Of a DNA stretch of 52,484 bases, positions 1 through 9,286 are shown piece after piece. Made by a program: the position numbers and the translations under genes. The stretch comes from Bacteroidetes bacterium GWF2_49_14. Lineage in GTDB: Bacteria > Bacteroidota > Bacteroidia > Bacteroidales > UBA12481. Under the pieces are notes generated by a model. It saw only the letters and a program-made list of their open reading frames with translations, made no database searches and was not told where the DNA came from. The first letter of the stretch is position 1. Every line of letters begins with the position of its first letter. The stretch spans positions 76,596-129,079 of the forward strand of contig MEOR01000108.1 of NCBI GenBank assembly GCA_001769295.1, written 5' to 3'.

Positions 1-195
1 AATCCGGTCTTTTAGTTTCTCCGTAAAATCCTGGCTGAGCGTTGGATTAACAATTGGGGCACGATTAGGGAAATAGGCCACTGAAATGGTTTTCTCCCTG
101 GCATCGAAGCTGGCTCCTGTAAAGGAAAATTTTATCCTGCAGGCATTCAGCCCCAGAACCATCACTATAAACCCTGCTATACTTAAATACTTCAT
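1..195 (-). CDS. lptE: LptE-family LPS assembly lipoprotein (N-terminal part; runs off the window start)
   Basis: Not in the ORF track. Manual translation from ATG at 195 gives MKYLSIAGFIVMVLGLNACRIKFSFTGASFDAREKTISVAYFPNRAPIVNPTLSQDFTEKLKDRI. It has an LNAC lipobox and the 'SFTGAS..KTISV.YFPN.A..V.PTLSQ.FTE.L' pattern of Bacteroidota LptE, and lies downstream of the sigma-54 regulator as usual in this phylum. Confidence 0.8.
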   Translation of the reverse strand, partial: MKYLSIAGFIVMVLGLNACRIKFSFTGASFDAREKTISVAYFPNRAPIVNPTLSQDFTEKLKDRI

Positions 196-251
196 CTTAT
201 TACTTATTCCTTATATCCTTCCCTTTTGCCCTCTGCCTTGTGCCTTGTGCC
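196..251. repeat. Heptameric short tandem repeats filling the whole intergenic spacer
   Basis: 56 bp = 8 x 7: CTTATTA CTTATTC CTTATAT CCTTCCC TTTTGCC CTCTGCC TTGTGCC TTGTGCC. Confidence 0.6.
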
Positions 252-1490
252 TTATTCTTTTATCCCATACTCATTGATCTTGCGGTACAATGTCCGCTCA
301 CTGATACCCAATTCCTGGGCAGCGAGCTTCCGCTTCCCGCTATGCTTTTTGAGGGCCTTGTTGATCAGGTCGATTTCATTATCCTGAAGAAGCAGTGATT
401 CCTCTATGATCTCTTCGGTGTCCTCTATCTCCTCTTCATCAAGGTGTTTGCCGTGATGTGCCGGAGTTGAAGTTACCGGTGTATCGAACCGGGAGTGGTC
501 CTGCTGAAAAAACCGGTTTATCGGGTTGGTTGCTTCGGGTTCGGTCATGGGCACGAGATCGCTGCTGCCCCGCATTTCATTGACCAGTTTCTTAAGGTCA
601 TTTACATCTCTTTTCATGTCAAACAGAACCTGGTACAGAATCTCCCTTTCGGATGAAAAAGTACGGTCCTCACGATCTTTGGGCATTAACACCGGAAGTG
701 ACGTACGTGTATCATCCGGAAGATAAGCCTTAAGCCGCTCGGCAGAAACCATTCGGTCCTGTTCAATAATTGAAATTTGCTCAGTGATGTTTTTCAACTG
801 CCGGATGTTGCCCGGCCATTTATAATTCTCAAGGAGGATTTGTGCGGATTCATCCAGCCGGATGACGGGCATCATATATTTTTCGGCAAAATCCATTGCG
901 AATTTCCGGAACAGCAAGAAAATGTCCTCCCGCCTGTTTCTCAGGGGTGCAACGATGATCGGCACGGTATTCAGGCGGTAGAACAGATCTTCCCTGAAAC
1001 GTCCATCCTGAACAGCCTTCAGGATGTCAACATTTGTTGCAGCCACGAGCCTGATATCGGTTTTTTGCACTTTCGAGGATCCTACCCTGATAAACTCGCC
1101 TGACTCGAGGACCCTTAACAGGCGCACCTGGGTGCTAAGCGGCAATTCGCCTATTTCATCCAGGAAAATGGTTCCCCCGTTGGCCTCTTCAAAATATCCC
1201 TTTCGTGATTCATGGGCTCCGGTAAAGGCGCCCTTTTCATGCCCGAAAAGCTCTGAATCGATGGTTCCTTCGGGAATTGCACCGCAGTTGACTGCGATAA
1301 AAGGCCCATGTTTTCTCGAACTGTGCTGATGTATGATCTGTGGGAAACGTTCCTTTCCTGTACCGCTTTCACCATTGATCAGGACGGACAAATCGGTTGG
1401 CGCAACCTGAACTGCAATCTCGATGGCACGGTGGAGAGCCGGTGAATTTCCTATAATCTCGAATCGTTGTTTTATCTTATGAATATCCAT
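252..1490 (-). CDS. Sigma-54-interacting AAA+ transcriptional regulator with Fis-type HTH and no N-terminal sensor domain
   Basis: Walker A GESGTGKE, GAFTGA loop, Walker B FLDEIGE, FREDLFYRL, WPGNIRQL, C-terminal AAQELGISERTLYRKI. Confidence 0.93.
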   Translation of the reverse strand: MDIHKIKQRFEIIGNSPALHRAIEIAVQVAPTDLSVLINGESGTGKERFPQIIHQHSSRKHGPFIAVNCGAIPEGTIDSELFGHEKGAFTGAHESRKGYFEEANGGTIFLDEIGELPLSTQVRLLRVLESGEFIRVGSSKVQKTDIRLVAATNVDILKAVQDGRFREDLFYRLNTVPIIVAPLRNRREDIFLLFRKFAMDFAEKYMMPVIRLDESAQILLENYKWPGNIRQLKNITEQISIIEQDRMVSAERLKAYLPDDTRTSLPVLMPKDREDRTFSSEREILYQVLFDMKRDVNDLKKLVNEMRGSSDLVPMTEPEATNPINRFFQQDHSRFDTPVTSTPAHHGKHLDEEEIEDTEEIIEESLLLQDNEIDLINKALKKHSGKRKLAAQELGISERTLYRKINEYGIKE

Positions 1491-1534
1491 AGTGTTGAGA
1501 GAACAGACATTTTTTCAGTAAAACGGTAAAGGTA

Positions 1535-1542
1535 CAAAATTA
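1535..1542 (-). promoter_or_regulatory. Bacteroidota sigma-A -7 element for the sigma-54 regulator/lptE
   Basis: TAATTTTG on the minus strand (TAnnTTTG consensus), 45 bp upstream of the ATG. Confidence 0.55.
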
Positions 1543-1578
1543 CTGGTTTTTTATAACTTGGTGGCGCAATTAAGCGCT

Positions 1579-2343
1579 ATGACAGGCCTAACAAACGACA
1601 TCCCACAACAGGTTCTGGGAATAATTCCTGCCAGGATGGCATCCGTTCGCTTTCCCGGCAAGCCCCTTGCACTTGCCCGCGGCCTGCCCATGGTCATCCG
1701 TGTTTATGAGCAAGCACGGAAAGCACTGAAAGAGGTTATCATCGCCACCAGCGATGACGAAATTATAGAAGCGGCAAAAACATTCGGTGCTTCCTGGGTG
1801 AAAACCGGTGCCAGCCATACCTCCGGAACCAGCCGCTGCCTGGAAGCCTTGGGCACATTTATGCAGAATTCCGGGCAACATTTTAAAGCGGTTGTCAACA
1901 TTCAGGGGGATGAACCATCCATCCGGCCGGATATGATTTCCATGCTGGCTTCAGAGATCCTTGAACCGGGGATATCGATCGCCACCCTCGCCGGAAGGGA
2001 AACCAATCCTGATGGGTTTAACGGTCCGAACCGCGTGAAAGTAGTTATTGGGACAAATGGCAATGCCTTGTACTTTTCCCGTTCACCCATTCCGTTTCGA
2101 CGGGATCCCGGAGCCGCAAGCCAGGCCTGGCTTTCACATATCGGAATTTATGCTTTTAAAACCGAGGTCCTTACTCAAATCTGCAGCCTTGAACCGTCAG
2201 CTCTCGAGATTTCGGAATCCCTGGAGCAATTGCGATGGCTGGAGAACGGATTCAAAATCCGGTGCATTGAACAAGAATATCAGGGATTTGGTGTGGATAC
2301 CCCGGCTGATCTGGAAGCCTATAACCGAAGGGATATTTTTTAA
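1579..2343 (+). CDS. kdsB: 3-deoxy-manno-octulosonate cytidylyltransferase (CMP-Kdo synthetase)
   Basis: IIPARMASVRFPGKPL, NIQGDEP, LYFSRSPIP, HIGIYAF, ESLEQLRWLENG, GVDTPADL. ATG at 1579 is preferred over the TTG at 1558. Confidence 0.95.
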   Translation: MTGLTNDIPQQVLGIIPARMASVRFPGKPLALARGLPMVIRVYEQARKALKEVIIATSDDEIIEAAKTFGASWVKTGASHTSGTSRCLEALGTFMQNSGQHFKAVVNIQGDEPSIRPDMISMLASEILEPGISIATLAGRETNPDGFNGPNRVKVVIGTNGNALYFSRSPIPFRRDPGAASQAWLSHIGIYAFKTEVLTQICSLEPSALEISESLEQLRWLENGFKIRCIEQEYQGFGVDTPADLEAYNRRDIF

Positions 2344-3353
2344 CGTATTTCCCGGCTGAAAAGTTCCGATTCCCTGCTCAGATCGAGCCAGGGATGCTCC
2401 TTTTGCAAAGCTGAAATCTTTTCCAGCTGGGCTGCCCTGAAATTCCGGAGCGACTCTGCGGAGCCACCCATGGGACGATGTCCGGCCGCCCGGGTTATCG
2501 GCTCAATTTTTCCCATCAGTTCAATCGATTCCTGGAGAATACAACCTTCGCAAAACCGCTTCCAGACATAGGCAATACCCGCGGGACCGGGATGAATCAG
2601 GTCGGTATCGTAAAAACGGTAATCGCGCAAGTCATCCATGAAAATCTCATAGGCCGGAAAATAGTACGAATCCGGATACATGTTCATTAATCCCGCAACA
2701 GCCCGGATCAGGCTGGCTTTGGAAAGCTGGTTGCCCGGGGTGCCCTCTTTCAGGTAGCGTACCGGACTAACGCTCCATACAAACCGTATACGCGGGTTAA
2801 TGCGCCGCAGCTCCGACAGGGCAGGAAGAAGTATATCCAGAATTTCATCGGGCTCGTAAAACCGGATAGCGAAATCGGAATCCGGAAATTTATGGCAGTT
2901 GGAAACCAGTTTGTCCGAAGCCCTGAGATGGTAAGCCCTGGCTGAGCCAAAGGTCAGAATCAGATGACCTGCATTCCTGATGAATGCCGCTGCTTCCTTT
3001 AAATGATGGTTCAGGTTATTGAGGCAAACCTGCCGGTCCGGATCAGAAAACGAACCATGGTGATCGAAAGAGTGCCAGAGACCGTCGCGGAAAACCAGTT
3101 CGCCGCGTGTGTATTCCTCGCCGTTCAGCAACCGCTGCAATTGGATTCCGATCGCTGCGGGATGATAGACAATCCCAAACGGATTCAGGTTTACCGTAAA
3201 CTTATTATCTGCAAGATTTTTTCCGATATGCTCCGTAAAGCAGGAACCGGTCAGCATGACTCCATCCCTGTGGTTCAGCGGGTATTCCGATTTTTTGATA
3301 TGGACGAGGGTCCGGAATCCATCGGGATCAATAAAACATGATTTTCCCTGCAT
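2340..3353 (-). CDS. GSCFA domain-containing protein (SGNH-like fold); start uncertain
   Basis: Signature GSCFTE, NPFGIVYHP, SNCHK, SVSPVRY, YFPAYEI..DDLRDYRFY..D..HP. The start is ambiguous (see findings). Confidence 0.85.
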   Translation of the reverse strand: MQGKSCFIDPDGFRTLVHIKKSEYPLNHRDGVMLTGSCFTEHIGKNLADNKFTVNLNPFGIVYHPAAIGIQLQRLLNGEEYTRGELVFRDGLWHSFDHHGSFSDPDRQVCLNNLNHHLKEAAAFIRNAGHLILTFGSARAYHLRASDKLVSNCHKFPDSDFAIRFYEPDEILDILLPALSELRRINPRIRFVWSVSPVRYLKEGTPGNQLSKASLIRAVAGLMNMYPDSYYFPAYEIFMDDLRDYRFYDTDLIHPGPAGIAYVWKRFCEGCILQESIELMGKIEPITRAAGHRPMGGSAESLRNFRAAQLEKISALQKEHPWLDLSRESELFSREIR

Positions 3354-4998
3354 ATCTGGTTCTTTCACCGTGTACGGTTAAAATTAACAATCCCCTTGCT
3401 GCAACCGGCATATCAATAACCGGGCAGCTTCCGGCCCGGATCTCAAAATGATTCTGATACAGAACTCTTCCAGCGATGTCGCTGATGCTTACCCTTAACT
3501 TCTGCGGATCCGGGCTTTTCAGAACCAGGCGCAGGATACCTTCCGGCAACACCTGCCAGCTTTCAAGACCTGCCCCGTCACTGGATGGCATCCGGTCTGC
3601 TGACAATCCCGGGCGGTATTCATAAGCCCCTATGTCATAACCTGTTCCGGCGGGACGTTCATGGTCGTCAAGATCGGAACGTATTCCAATCGTATAGAGG
3701 CTCTTGCCCAGGTCGATCATCGGGGAACCGGGACGGAGCCGGTAATTGTCAGCGCTGCTGCTGGAAAATCCAGCCGCAGTGAACAATCTCGAAAAGTAGT
3801 TACTCTCACTTTTGTAGGAATGGCCCCGGGAGACATCAAAAATATAGGCATCCGTGCCAATACGGTCGGTACCGTCATTTTCATAGGAATCATAAGCCCC
3901 CGGATCGATTATGATGTTATTATAGATCCTGCATTCAAAATCAACGGTATTGTCAATTCTGATGCCGTCTGATTTGGGCTGTATAATGGTATTCTGATAG
4001 ATTCCGTACCAAGTTTTATCCACCAGGGTTTTATCAGAAATGAAAATTCCATGCTCCCTCTTATCCGGATTATCCGGCAGGTATCTTTTCCCCGGCCTGA
4101 CGATCAGGTTGTTGAACACCTCGGTACCCCCGTTACCGAAAAGGAGTATTCCGCTGCCATAGGTATCAAAGATCTGGTTGTTGAAACACTTCGCAAGCGT
4201 ACCCCCGCCAATGATTATCCCGCACATCTGGCTCTCGGTCATCAGATAGCTGCAGTCGCGCAGGATATTATGGTGAATGTAACAATCTTTAACAGCGGAG
4301 GATACCTGCAGACCGTCCAGGCCAGTCCTTTCGATCCGGTTGTTATGAATATGCACTCCGTCAAGTACAGGCGGCAGAACCAGGTTGCCGCAGGGAGACA
4401 AAGTCTGGCCAAGAAAAAAAGAACTCCCCACATACAATCCTTCGCCGGGGACGTCGTGGATATAACAATCCCTGATGATGGTATTATTTTGGGTAAAGGC
4501 ATTGCGGTAGGTACCGGGGTCGTCACAGGTGGGCTCGGTTTTAGAAATAATGCCGGCGAATCCTGTATTGGTGATTTCGCAGCTTGTCACCGTGAAATCC
4601 GATGATTTGTATCCCACTGAGATGCCCGTTCCCGAAGCGTGGCCGACTCTTGATATTTTAATGCCGTAAGCGTACCCCTCTCCAGGCAGTCCTATCAGAA
4701 TAAAATGAGAGCAGGAGCGGATACTGATACCATAGGAAAAGTCCGTATCGATGATAACCTGACCGTTCCGGTTGGCAAAAACGACCGGTTTCCCGGATGT
4801 GCCATGAAAATCGCTGATCAGTAGGTTTGAACGCAGGCCGGGCTCGATCCAGATGGTATCACCCGGCGAATAGGACCGGAAAGCCTGGGATTCTCCTGTT
4901 ACCTGATCGGCTGTTCGCCGGATCAGAAATTCCTGTGAATATCCGAAAGTAACGAAGGAGAAGAGGAATACCAGAAAGAGTGTGAATTTGCGTTTCAT
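3328..4998 (-). CDS. Secreted right-handed parallel beta-helix protein with choice-of-anchor-Q-like motif and a degenerate T9SS CTD-like tail
   Basis: Signal peptide MKRKFTLFLVFLFSFVTFGYSQ; repeated 'I.NN.I' beta-helix turns; 'YRLRPGSPMIDLG...DLD...RP.G...DIGAYEY'; C-terminal 'ISDIAGRV...GLLIL......GKIMFY'. Confidence 0.75.
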   Translation of the reverse strand: MKRKFTLFLVFLFSFVTFGYSQEFLIRRTADQVTGESQAFRSYSPGDTIWIEPGLRSNLLISDFHGTSGKPVVFANRNGQVIIDTDFSYGISIRSCSHFILIGLPGEGYAYGIKISRVGHASGTGISVGYKSSDFTVTSCEITNTGFAGIISKTEPTCDDPGTYRNAFTQNNTIIRDCYIHDVPGEGLYVGSSFFLGQTLSPCGNLVLPPVLDGVHIHNNRIERTGLDGLQVSSAVKDCYIHHNILRDCSYLMTESQMCGIIIGGGTLAKCFNNQIFDTYGSGILLFGNGGTEVFNNLIVRPGKRYLPDNPDKREHGIFISDKTLVDKTWYGIYQNTIIQPKSDGIRIDNTVDFECRIYNNIIIDPGAYDSYENDGTDRIGTDAYIFDVSRGHSYKSESNYFSRLFTAAGFSSSSADNYRLRPGSPMIDLGKSLYTIGIRSDLDDHERPAGTGYDIGAYEYRPGLSADRMPSSDGAGLESWQVLPEGILRLVLKSPDPQKLRVSISDIAGRVLYQNHFEIRAGSCPVIDMPVAARGLLILTVHGERTRYAGKIMFY

Positions 4999-5011
4999 TC
5001 CCGAATGATCC

Positions 5012-5932
5012 CTATTTAGCAAGAAATGCAAAGTTCCGGAGAATTCCTGATAATCCGATTCTCTTTACGGGTGTCCGGTCAAATAGTTCGCTGAATGATT
5101 CCGGCGACAACTCAGGAATCGCGTCAATGGTAAGATCCAGAACTTTCTGTTCCGGCTTGAAAGCCCGGATCCCTGTTGCAATCGGCTCCCTGTTCCAGGG
5201 ACATACACTCTGGCAGATATCACATCCATGTACCGTTTGGTTCCATTTTCCCTTAAAGGAATCAGGGATTTCCGTTTTCTGTTCAACGGTCAGGTAGGAA
5301 ATGCAGGCTCTGGGGTCGATCCTGCCGGGTTCCGTAATTGCTCCCGTAGGACACGCGTCCATGCACCGGCTGCAGGTGCCGCATTGGTCGGGCACCATTT
5401 CTGTCTGTTCGATGATTTCCAGACTTGTGACAACTTCACAAAGGAAGAACCATGAGCCCTTTCCGGGGATCAGAAGCAACCCGTTTTTACCGATCCAGCC
5501 CAAGCCTGAGCGTCGGGCCCACTCCTTTTCGAAGATTGGTGCGGTATCGCAGAAAACTCTTCCGTTTGCCGGGGCTACCTCCCTGTTAATCCAGGCAAGA
5601 AGCTCTTTTCCAAGCTTTTTAAGCACCTTGTGGTAGTCTTTACCGCGCGCATAGCGGCTGACTGGCACCGTTGAGCCTTCATCAGGAAAATAATAGCCGG
5701 CCGCCAGTGAGATTATGGTTTTAGCCACCGGAACCAAAAGCCCGGGGTTCGTCCTGAGATCACGGTTTTGGCTCAGGTAATCCATTTCTCCGGCATAGCC
5801 CTTGCTAAGCCAGTCATCGAAAACAGGGCGGAATTCTTCCATTTGGCAGACCGGCGAAAACCCGCAGGCAGAGAAACCCAGCTCCAGCGCTTTTGCGCGT
5901 ATACGGTTCACAATGTCAGATTCCGGTGCCAT
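5012..5932 (-). CDS. queG: tRNA epoxyqueuosine(34) reductase
   Basis: SRYARGKDYH, DTAPIFEK..A.RSGLGWIGKN, CGTCSRCMDACPT, CISYLTVE, GCDICQSVCPWN. ATG at 5932 lies 4 nt after the sufT stop. Confidence 0.95.
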   Translation of the reverse strand: MAPESDIVNRIRAKALELGFSACGFSPVCQMEEFRPVFDDWLSKGYAGEMDYLSQNRDLRTNPGLLVPVAKTIISLAAGYYFPDEGSTVPVSRYARGKDYHKVLKKLGKELLAWINREVAPANGRVFCDTAPIFEKEWARRSGLGWIGKNGLLLIPGKGSWFFLCEVVTSLEIIEQTEMVPDQCGTCSRCMDACPTGAITEPGRIDPRACISYLTVEQKTEIPDSFKGKWNQTVHGCDICQSVCPWNREPIATGIRAFKPEQKVLDLTIDAIPELSPESFSELFDRTPVKRIGLSGILRNFAFLAK

Positions 5933-5936
5933 GGGA

Positions 5937-6239
5937 TCAGAGAAAACCCAGCTCAAGTTTTGCCTCTTCAGACATCATATCCTTGTTCCAGGCGGGATTG
6001 AAAGTCAGTTTGACGTCCACTTTGGTCACCCCTTCAACTTTGGCCACCTCTTCATGAATCTCCTGCATCAGCTGGTCCACCACCGGGCAGCCGGGGGATG
6101 TAAGGGTCATAGTCAGCAAAACCCGGCCATCCTCCTCAACGTTGACCTCGTAAATCAGTCCAAGGTCATAAATGTTAACCGGTATTTCCGGATCGTAAAT
6201 ATTCCGGAGAACCCTGACAATTTTTATTTCGGTATCCAT
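5937..6239 (-). CDS. sufT: DUF59/MIP18 Fe-S cluster assembly factor (SufT-like)
   Basis: YDPEIPVNIYDLGLIY, MTLTSPGCP, F.PAW.KDMMSEEAKLELG; located in the suf cluster. Confidence 0.9.
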   Translation of the reverse strand: MDTEIKIVRVLRNIYDPEIPVNIYDLGLIYEVNVEEDGRVLLTMTLTSPGCPVVDQLMQEIHEEVAKVEGVTKVDVKLTFNPAWNKDMMSEEAKLELGFL

Positions 6240-6241
6240 TT

Positions 6242-6667
6242 TCAGTTTTTCATTTTGGCCTTGTAGGCCATTGCGTAATAGCGGATCTGACGGATCATTG
6301 CCACCAGTCCGTTTGAACGGGTTGGTGAGAGATGCTCCTTAAGACCGATTTTGTCGATGAAATCCAGGTTAGCCGCGAGAATCTCTGCCGGCGTATGATT
6401 GGTAAAGACCCGGATGATCAGAGCGGCCAGACCCTTTGTAATAATTGCATCGGAATCGGCTGTAAAGACTATCCGGTCTCCCTCAAGATCAGCATTCAGC
6501 CATACCCGGGACTGACAACCCCTGATCAGATATTCGTCCTTGCGGAAAGCCGGATCGATTGCAGGCAGGTCCTTGCCAAGGTCAATCAGGTAATTGTACC
6601 GTTCCATCCATTCTCCGAGTCCGGCAAACTCTTCGATGATCTCCTGCTGGATTGCTTCAATGGTCAT
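6242..6667 (-). CDS. sufE: Fe-S assembly sulfur acceptor SufE
   Basis: IRGCQSRVW, ADSDAIITKGL, LSPTRSNGL. Confidence 0.95.
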   Translation of the reverse strand: MTIEAIQQEIIEEFAGLGEWMERYNYLIDLGKDLPAIDPAFRKDEYLIRGCQSRVWLNADLEGDRIVFTADSDAIITKGLAALIIRVFTNHTPAEILAANLDFIDKIGLKEHLSPTRSNGLVAMIRQIRYYAMAYKAKMKN

Positions 6668-6676
6668 ACTATAATA

Positions 6677-7900
6677 TCAGGCTAACATATCAGTAACAGT
6701 CTGCAATCCTTCCATCAGCCGGTCGATTTCCTGGTGCGTATTGTAAAAACAAAGTGATGCCCGCACGGTTCCTTCTATCCGGAAACGATTCATCAGCGGC
6801 ATGGTGCAATGCGTGCCGGTTCTGACGGCAATTCCGAATTTGTCGAGGATCATGCCTGTATCGAAGGGATGGACATTATTCAGAACAAATGAAAAGATGG
6901 CAGTTTTATCGGGAGCGGTACCATACTGGGACAAGCCGGGAAAGGCCGACAGAAGTCCTGCGGCATAGTCCCTCAACCCGGTTTCATACTCATGAATAGC
7001 TTGCATACCGATTTCGGAAATATAGGCTACAGCTTCGGCCATCCCGATCGCACCGATATAATTGGAAGTGCCAGCCTCGAATTTAAACGGCAGCTCATTA
7101 AAGGTTGTTTTCTCGAATGTGACCCGGTCGATCATATCTCCCCCGCCCTGATAGGGGGGAAGGCGTTCGAGCCACTGCTCCTTGCCATAAAGGATCCCGA
7201 TACCGGTAGGTCCGTATACTTTGTGTCCGGAAAAAACATAAAAATCGCAATCCAGATCTACCATATTTACGGCAGTATGCTGGATAGCCTGCGCCCCGTC
7301 AACGAGCACAGGTATATCGCGCTCATGTGCAAGCCGGATCATTTCCTTTACAGGATTGATGGTTCCCAGGGTATTGGACACATGCGTAACTGCCACAATC
7401 CGGGTTTTATCCCCGAGAAGGTTGCGGTAGGCATCCATTTCTATGGTACCGGCATCGGTGATCGGTATCACTTTCAAGCGGGCGCCGCGTCGCTCGCAGG
7501 CCAATTGCCAGGGAACAATATTGCTGTGGTGTTCCATGGTTGAAATCAGCACCTCGTCGCCGGGTTCGAGGAACGTCTCGCCAAAGGAGAATGCCACCGC
7601 ATTAATGGATGCAGTTGCTCCTGCCGTAAAAATTATCTCGGATATTTTTCCCGCCCCTATAAAAGCCCTGATGGTTTTTCGGGCATCTTCATACAATTGG
7701 GTCATGTGGTCGCTCATCCAATTGACCGACCGATGGATTGAGGCATTCTGCTCCCTGTGGATGCGGTTGATGGTTTCAATAACCCTCACTGGCTTCTGGG
7801 TGGTTGCTCCATTATCGAAATAGACCAGCGGTTTTCCGTAAACATGCTGTTTCAGGATCGGGAAATCCTCTCTGATTCGCTCAACCGGAAATATTTCCAT
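6677..7900 (-). CDS. sufS: SufS-family cysteine desulfurase
   Basis: YFDNGATTQKP, MEHHSNIVPWQ, FSGHK (PLP Lys), FEAGT, RTGTHC. ATG at 7900 follows the sufD stop. Confidence 0.95.
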   Translation of the reverse strand: MEIFPVERIREDFPILKQHVYGKPLVYFDNGATTQKPVRVIETINRIHREQNASIHRSVNWMSDHMTQLYEDARKTIRAFIGAGKISEIIFTAGATASINAVAFSFGETFLEPGDEVLISTMEHHSNIVPWQLACERRGARLKVIPITDAGTIEMDAYRNLLGDKTRIVAVTHVSNTLGTINPVKEMIRLAHERDIPVLVDGAQAIQHTAVNMVDLDCDFYVFSGHKVYGPTGIGILYGKEQWLERLPPYQGGGDMIDRVTFEKTTFNELPFKFEAGTSNYIGAIGMAEAVAYISEIGMQAIHEYETGLRDYAAGLLSAFPGLSQYGTAPDKTAIFSFVLNNVHPFDTGMILDKFGIAVRTGTHCTMPLMNRFRIEGTVRASLCFYNTHQEIDRLMEGLQTVTDMLA

Positions 7901-7902
7901 AG

Positions 7903-9279
7903 CTAACAAGTTTCCTGGCATTGAAGGGGACAACTGTTGCAGCGCGACAGTTCCCCTTTTAATCTTTTATCAACCAGGTCATTCAGCCTGTCCCTTAAAG
8001 GTTCGACCGGTACCTGTTTCAATATCTCATGACCGAAAGCCCCCATGAGCAGGAGTCTTGCCTCTCGTTTGGCAATTCCTCTGGTCTGGAGATAGAACAT
8101 GGCATTCTCATCCAGTTGACCCACAGTGGCGCCATGGCTGCATTTCACATCATCCGCGTAGATCTCCAGCTGAGGCTTGGTATTCATCCGGGCCTCGCTG
8201 GTAAGAAGGATATTATTGTTGGCCTGATAGGCGAGGGTTTTTTGTGCATCCGGCCGAACAAGAATCCGTCCGGTGAAGGCTCCGGTTGCCTTCTCGTCGA
8301 GGATTCCCTTGAAATTTTGCCTGCTGGTGCAACCGGGTGCAGCATGGTCAACATAGGTATAGCTGTCGACATGCTGGTTCCGGTCAGCCAGGAACAGTCC
8401 CAGCGTATGGTTCTCAGCACCAGGGCCATTCAGGCGGGTATAAACATTGTTCCGGATCATCCCTCCATGCAGGGTTATGGTATTGAAAATCGCATGGCTA
8501 TCTTTCTCCTGATGCACAAATGAGGAAGAGAGCTGGTTTGAACTGTTGTGTTCGTTTTGCAGCTTTGTGTAATCGAGCCGGGCATTCTGACCCACAAAAA
8601 TTTCGGTGACTGAGTTAGTCAGAAAGTGGTGGGCGGATAGGGAGTGGTCACATACCACCACACGGGCCATGGCATTATCCTCAATGACCACAAGGTTACG
8701 GTGCTGAACGAAAAGATCCTCGGGTGACAGAAGGATGTTAACGACCTGGATGGTCCGGTCTTGTCCCACGCCTTTTGGGATGTAAATAAAGGTGCCATCC
8801 TGTGCAAATCCCGTATTCAGGGCTACCAGGGCATCCTTCCGGAAATCGGCATACCGTGAATAATGCGCTTCGAGGATATGCGGATACTGGCGGGCTGCTT
8901 CAGCCATGCTGCCGATAATGATTCCGTTTGGAAGAACCTCCAGCCGGGGGCGGTTTTCATAAAACCAGCCGTTGACAAGCAGGACCAGCTCGGTATCCAA
9001 TTCCGGTATGTCGCAGCGAAACAGGTCTTCAACAGAAAAAAGGATTTTCCGGGGCTCAATGTAGCGGTTAAACGGGGTGAGAAAGACCTCGCGAACATCC
9101 GTATACTTATAATTCTCATTGCTCTTATCGGGAATTCCCATCTTGCGGAAGCACTCCATTGCTTCCGGCCGGAATGAGTTAAAGACGGAATTCGATGCAG
9201 CCATCAGCTGGTCGCGGTTGGTGAAATACCAATCGGTGAGCTGGCTGTCGAGTATCTTCTTATCTAACAATACGTTCAT
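7903..9279 (-). CDS. sufD: Fe-S cluster assembly protein SufD
   Basis: ENYKYT, AFTGRILV..DAQKT.A.Q.N.N.LL, KPQLEIYADDVKCSHGATVG, FYLQTRGI. Confidence 0.95.
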   Translation of the reverse strand: MNVLLDKKILDSQLTDWYFTNRDQLMAASNSVFNSFRPEAMECFRKMGIPDKSNENYKYTDVREVFLTPFNRYIEPRKILFSVEDLFRCDIPELDTELVLLVNGWFYENRPRLEVLPNGIIIGSMAEAARQYPHILEAHYSRYADFRKDALVALNTGFAQDGTFIYIPKGVGQDRTIQVVNILLSPEDLFVQHRNLVVIEDNAMARVVVCDHSLSAHHFLTNSVTEIFVGQNARLDYTKLQNEHNSSNQLSSSFVHQEKDSHAIFNTITLHGGMIRNNVYTRLNGPGAENHTLGLFLADRNQHVDSYTYVDHAAPGCTSRQNFKGILDEKATGAFTGRILVRPDAQKTLAYQANNNILLTSEARMNTKPQLEIYADDVKCSHGATVGQLDENAMFYLQTRGIAKREARLLLMGAFGHEILKQVPVEPLRDRLNDLVDKRLKGELSRCNSCPLQCQETC

Positions 9280-9286
9280 GATTCAA

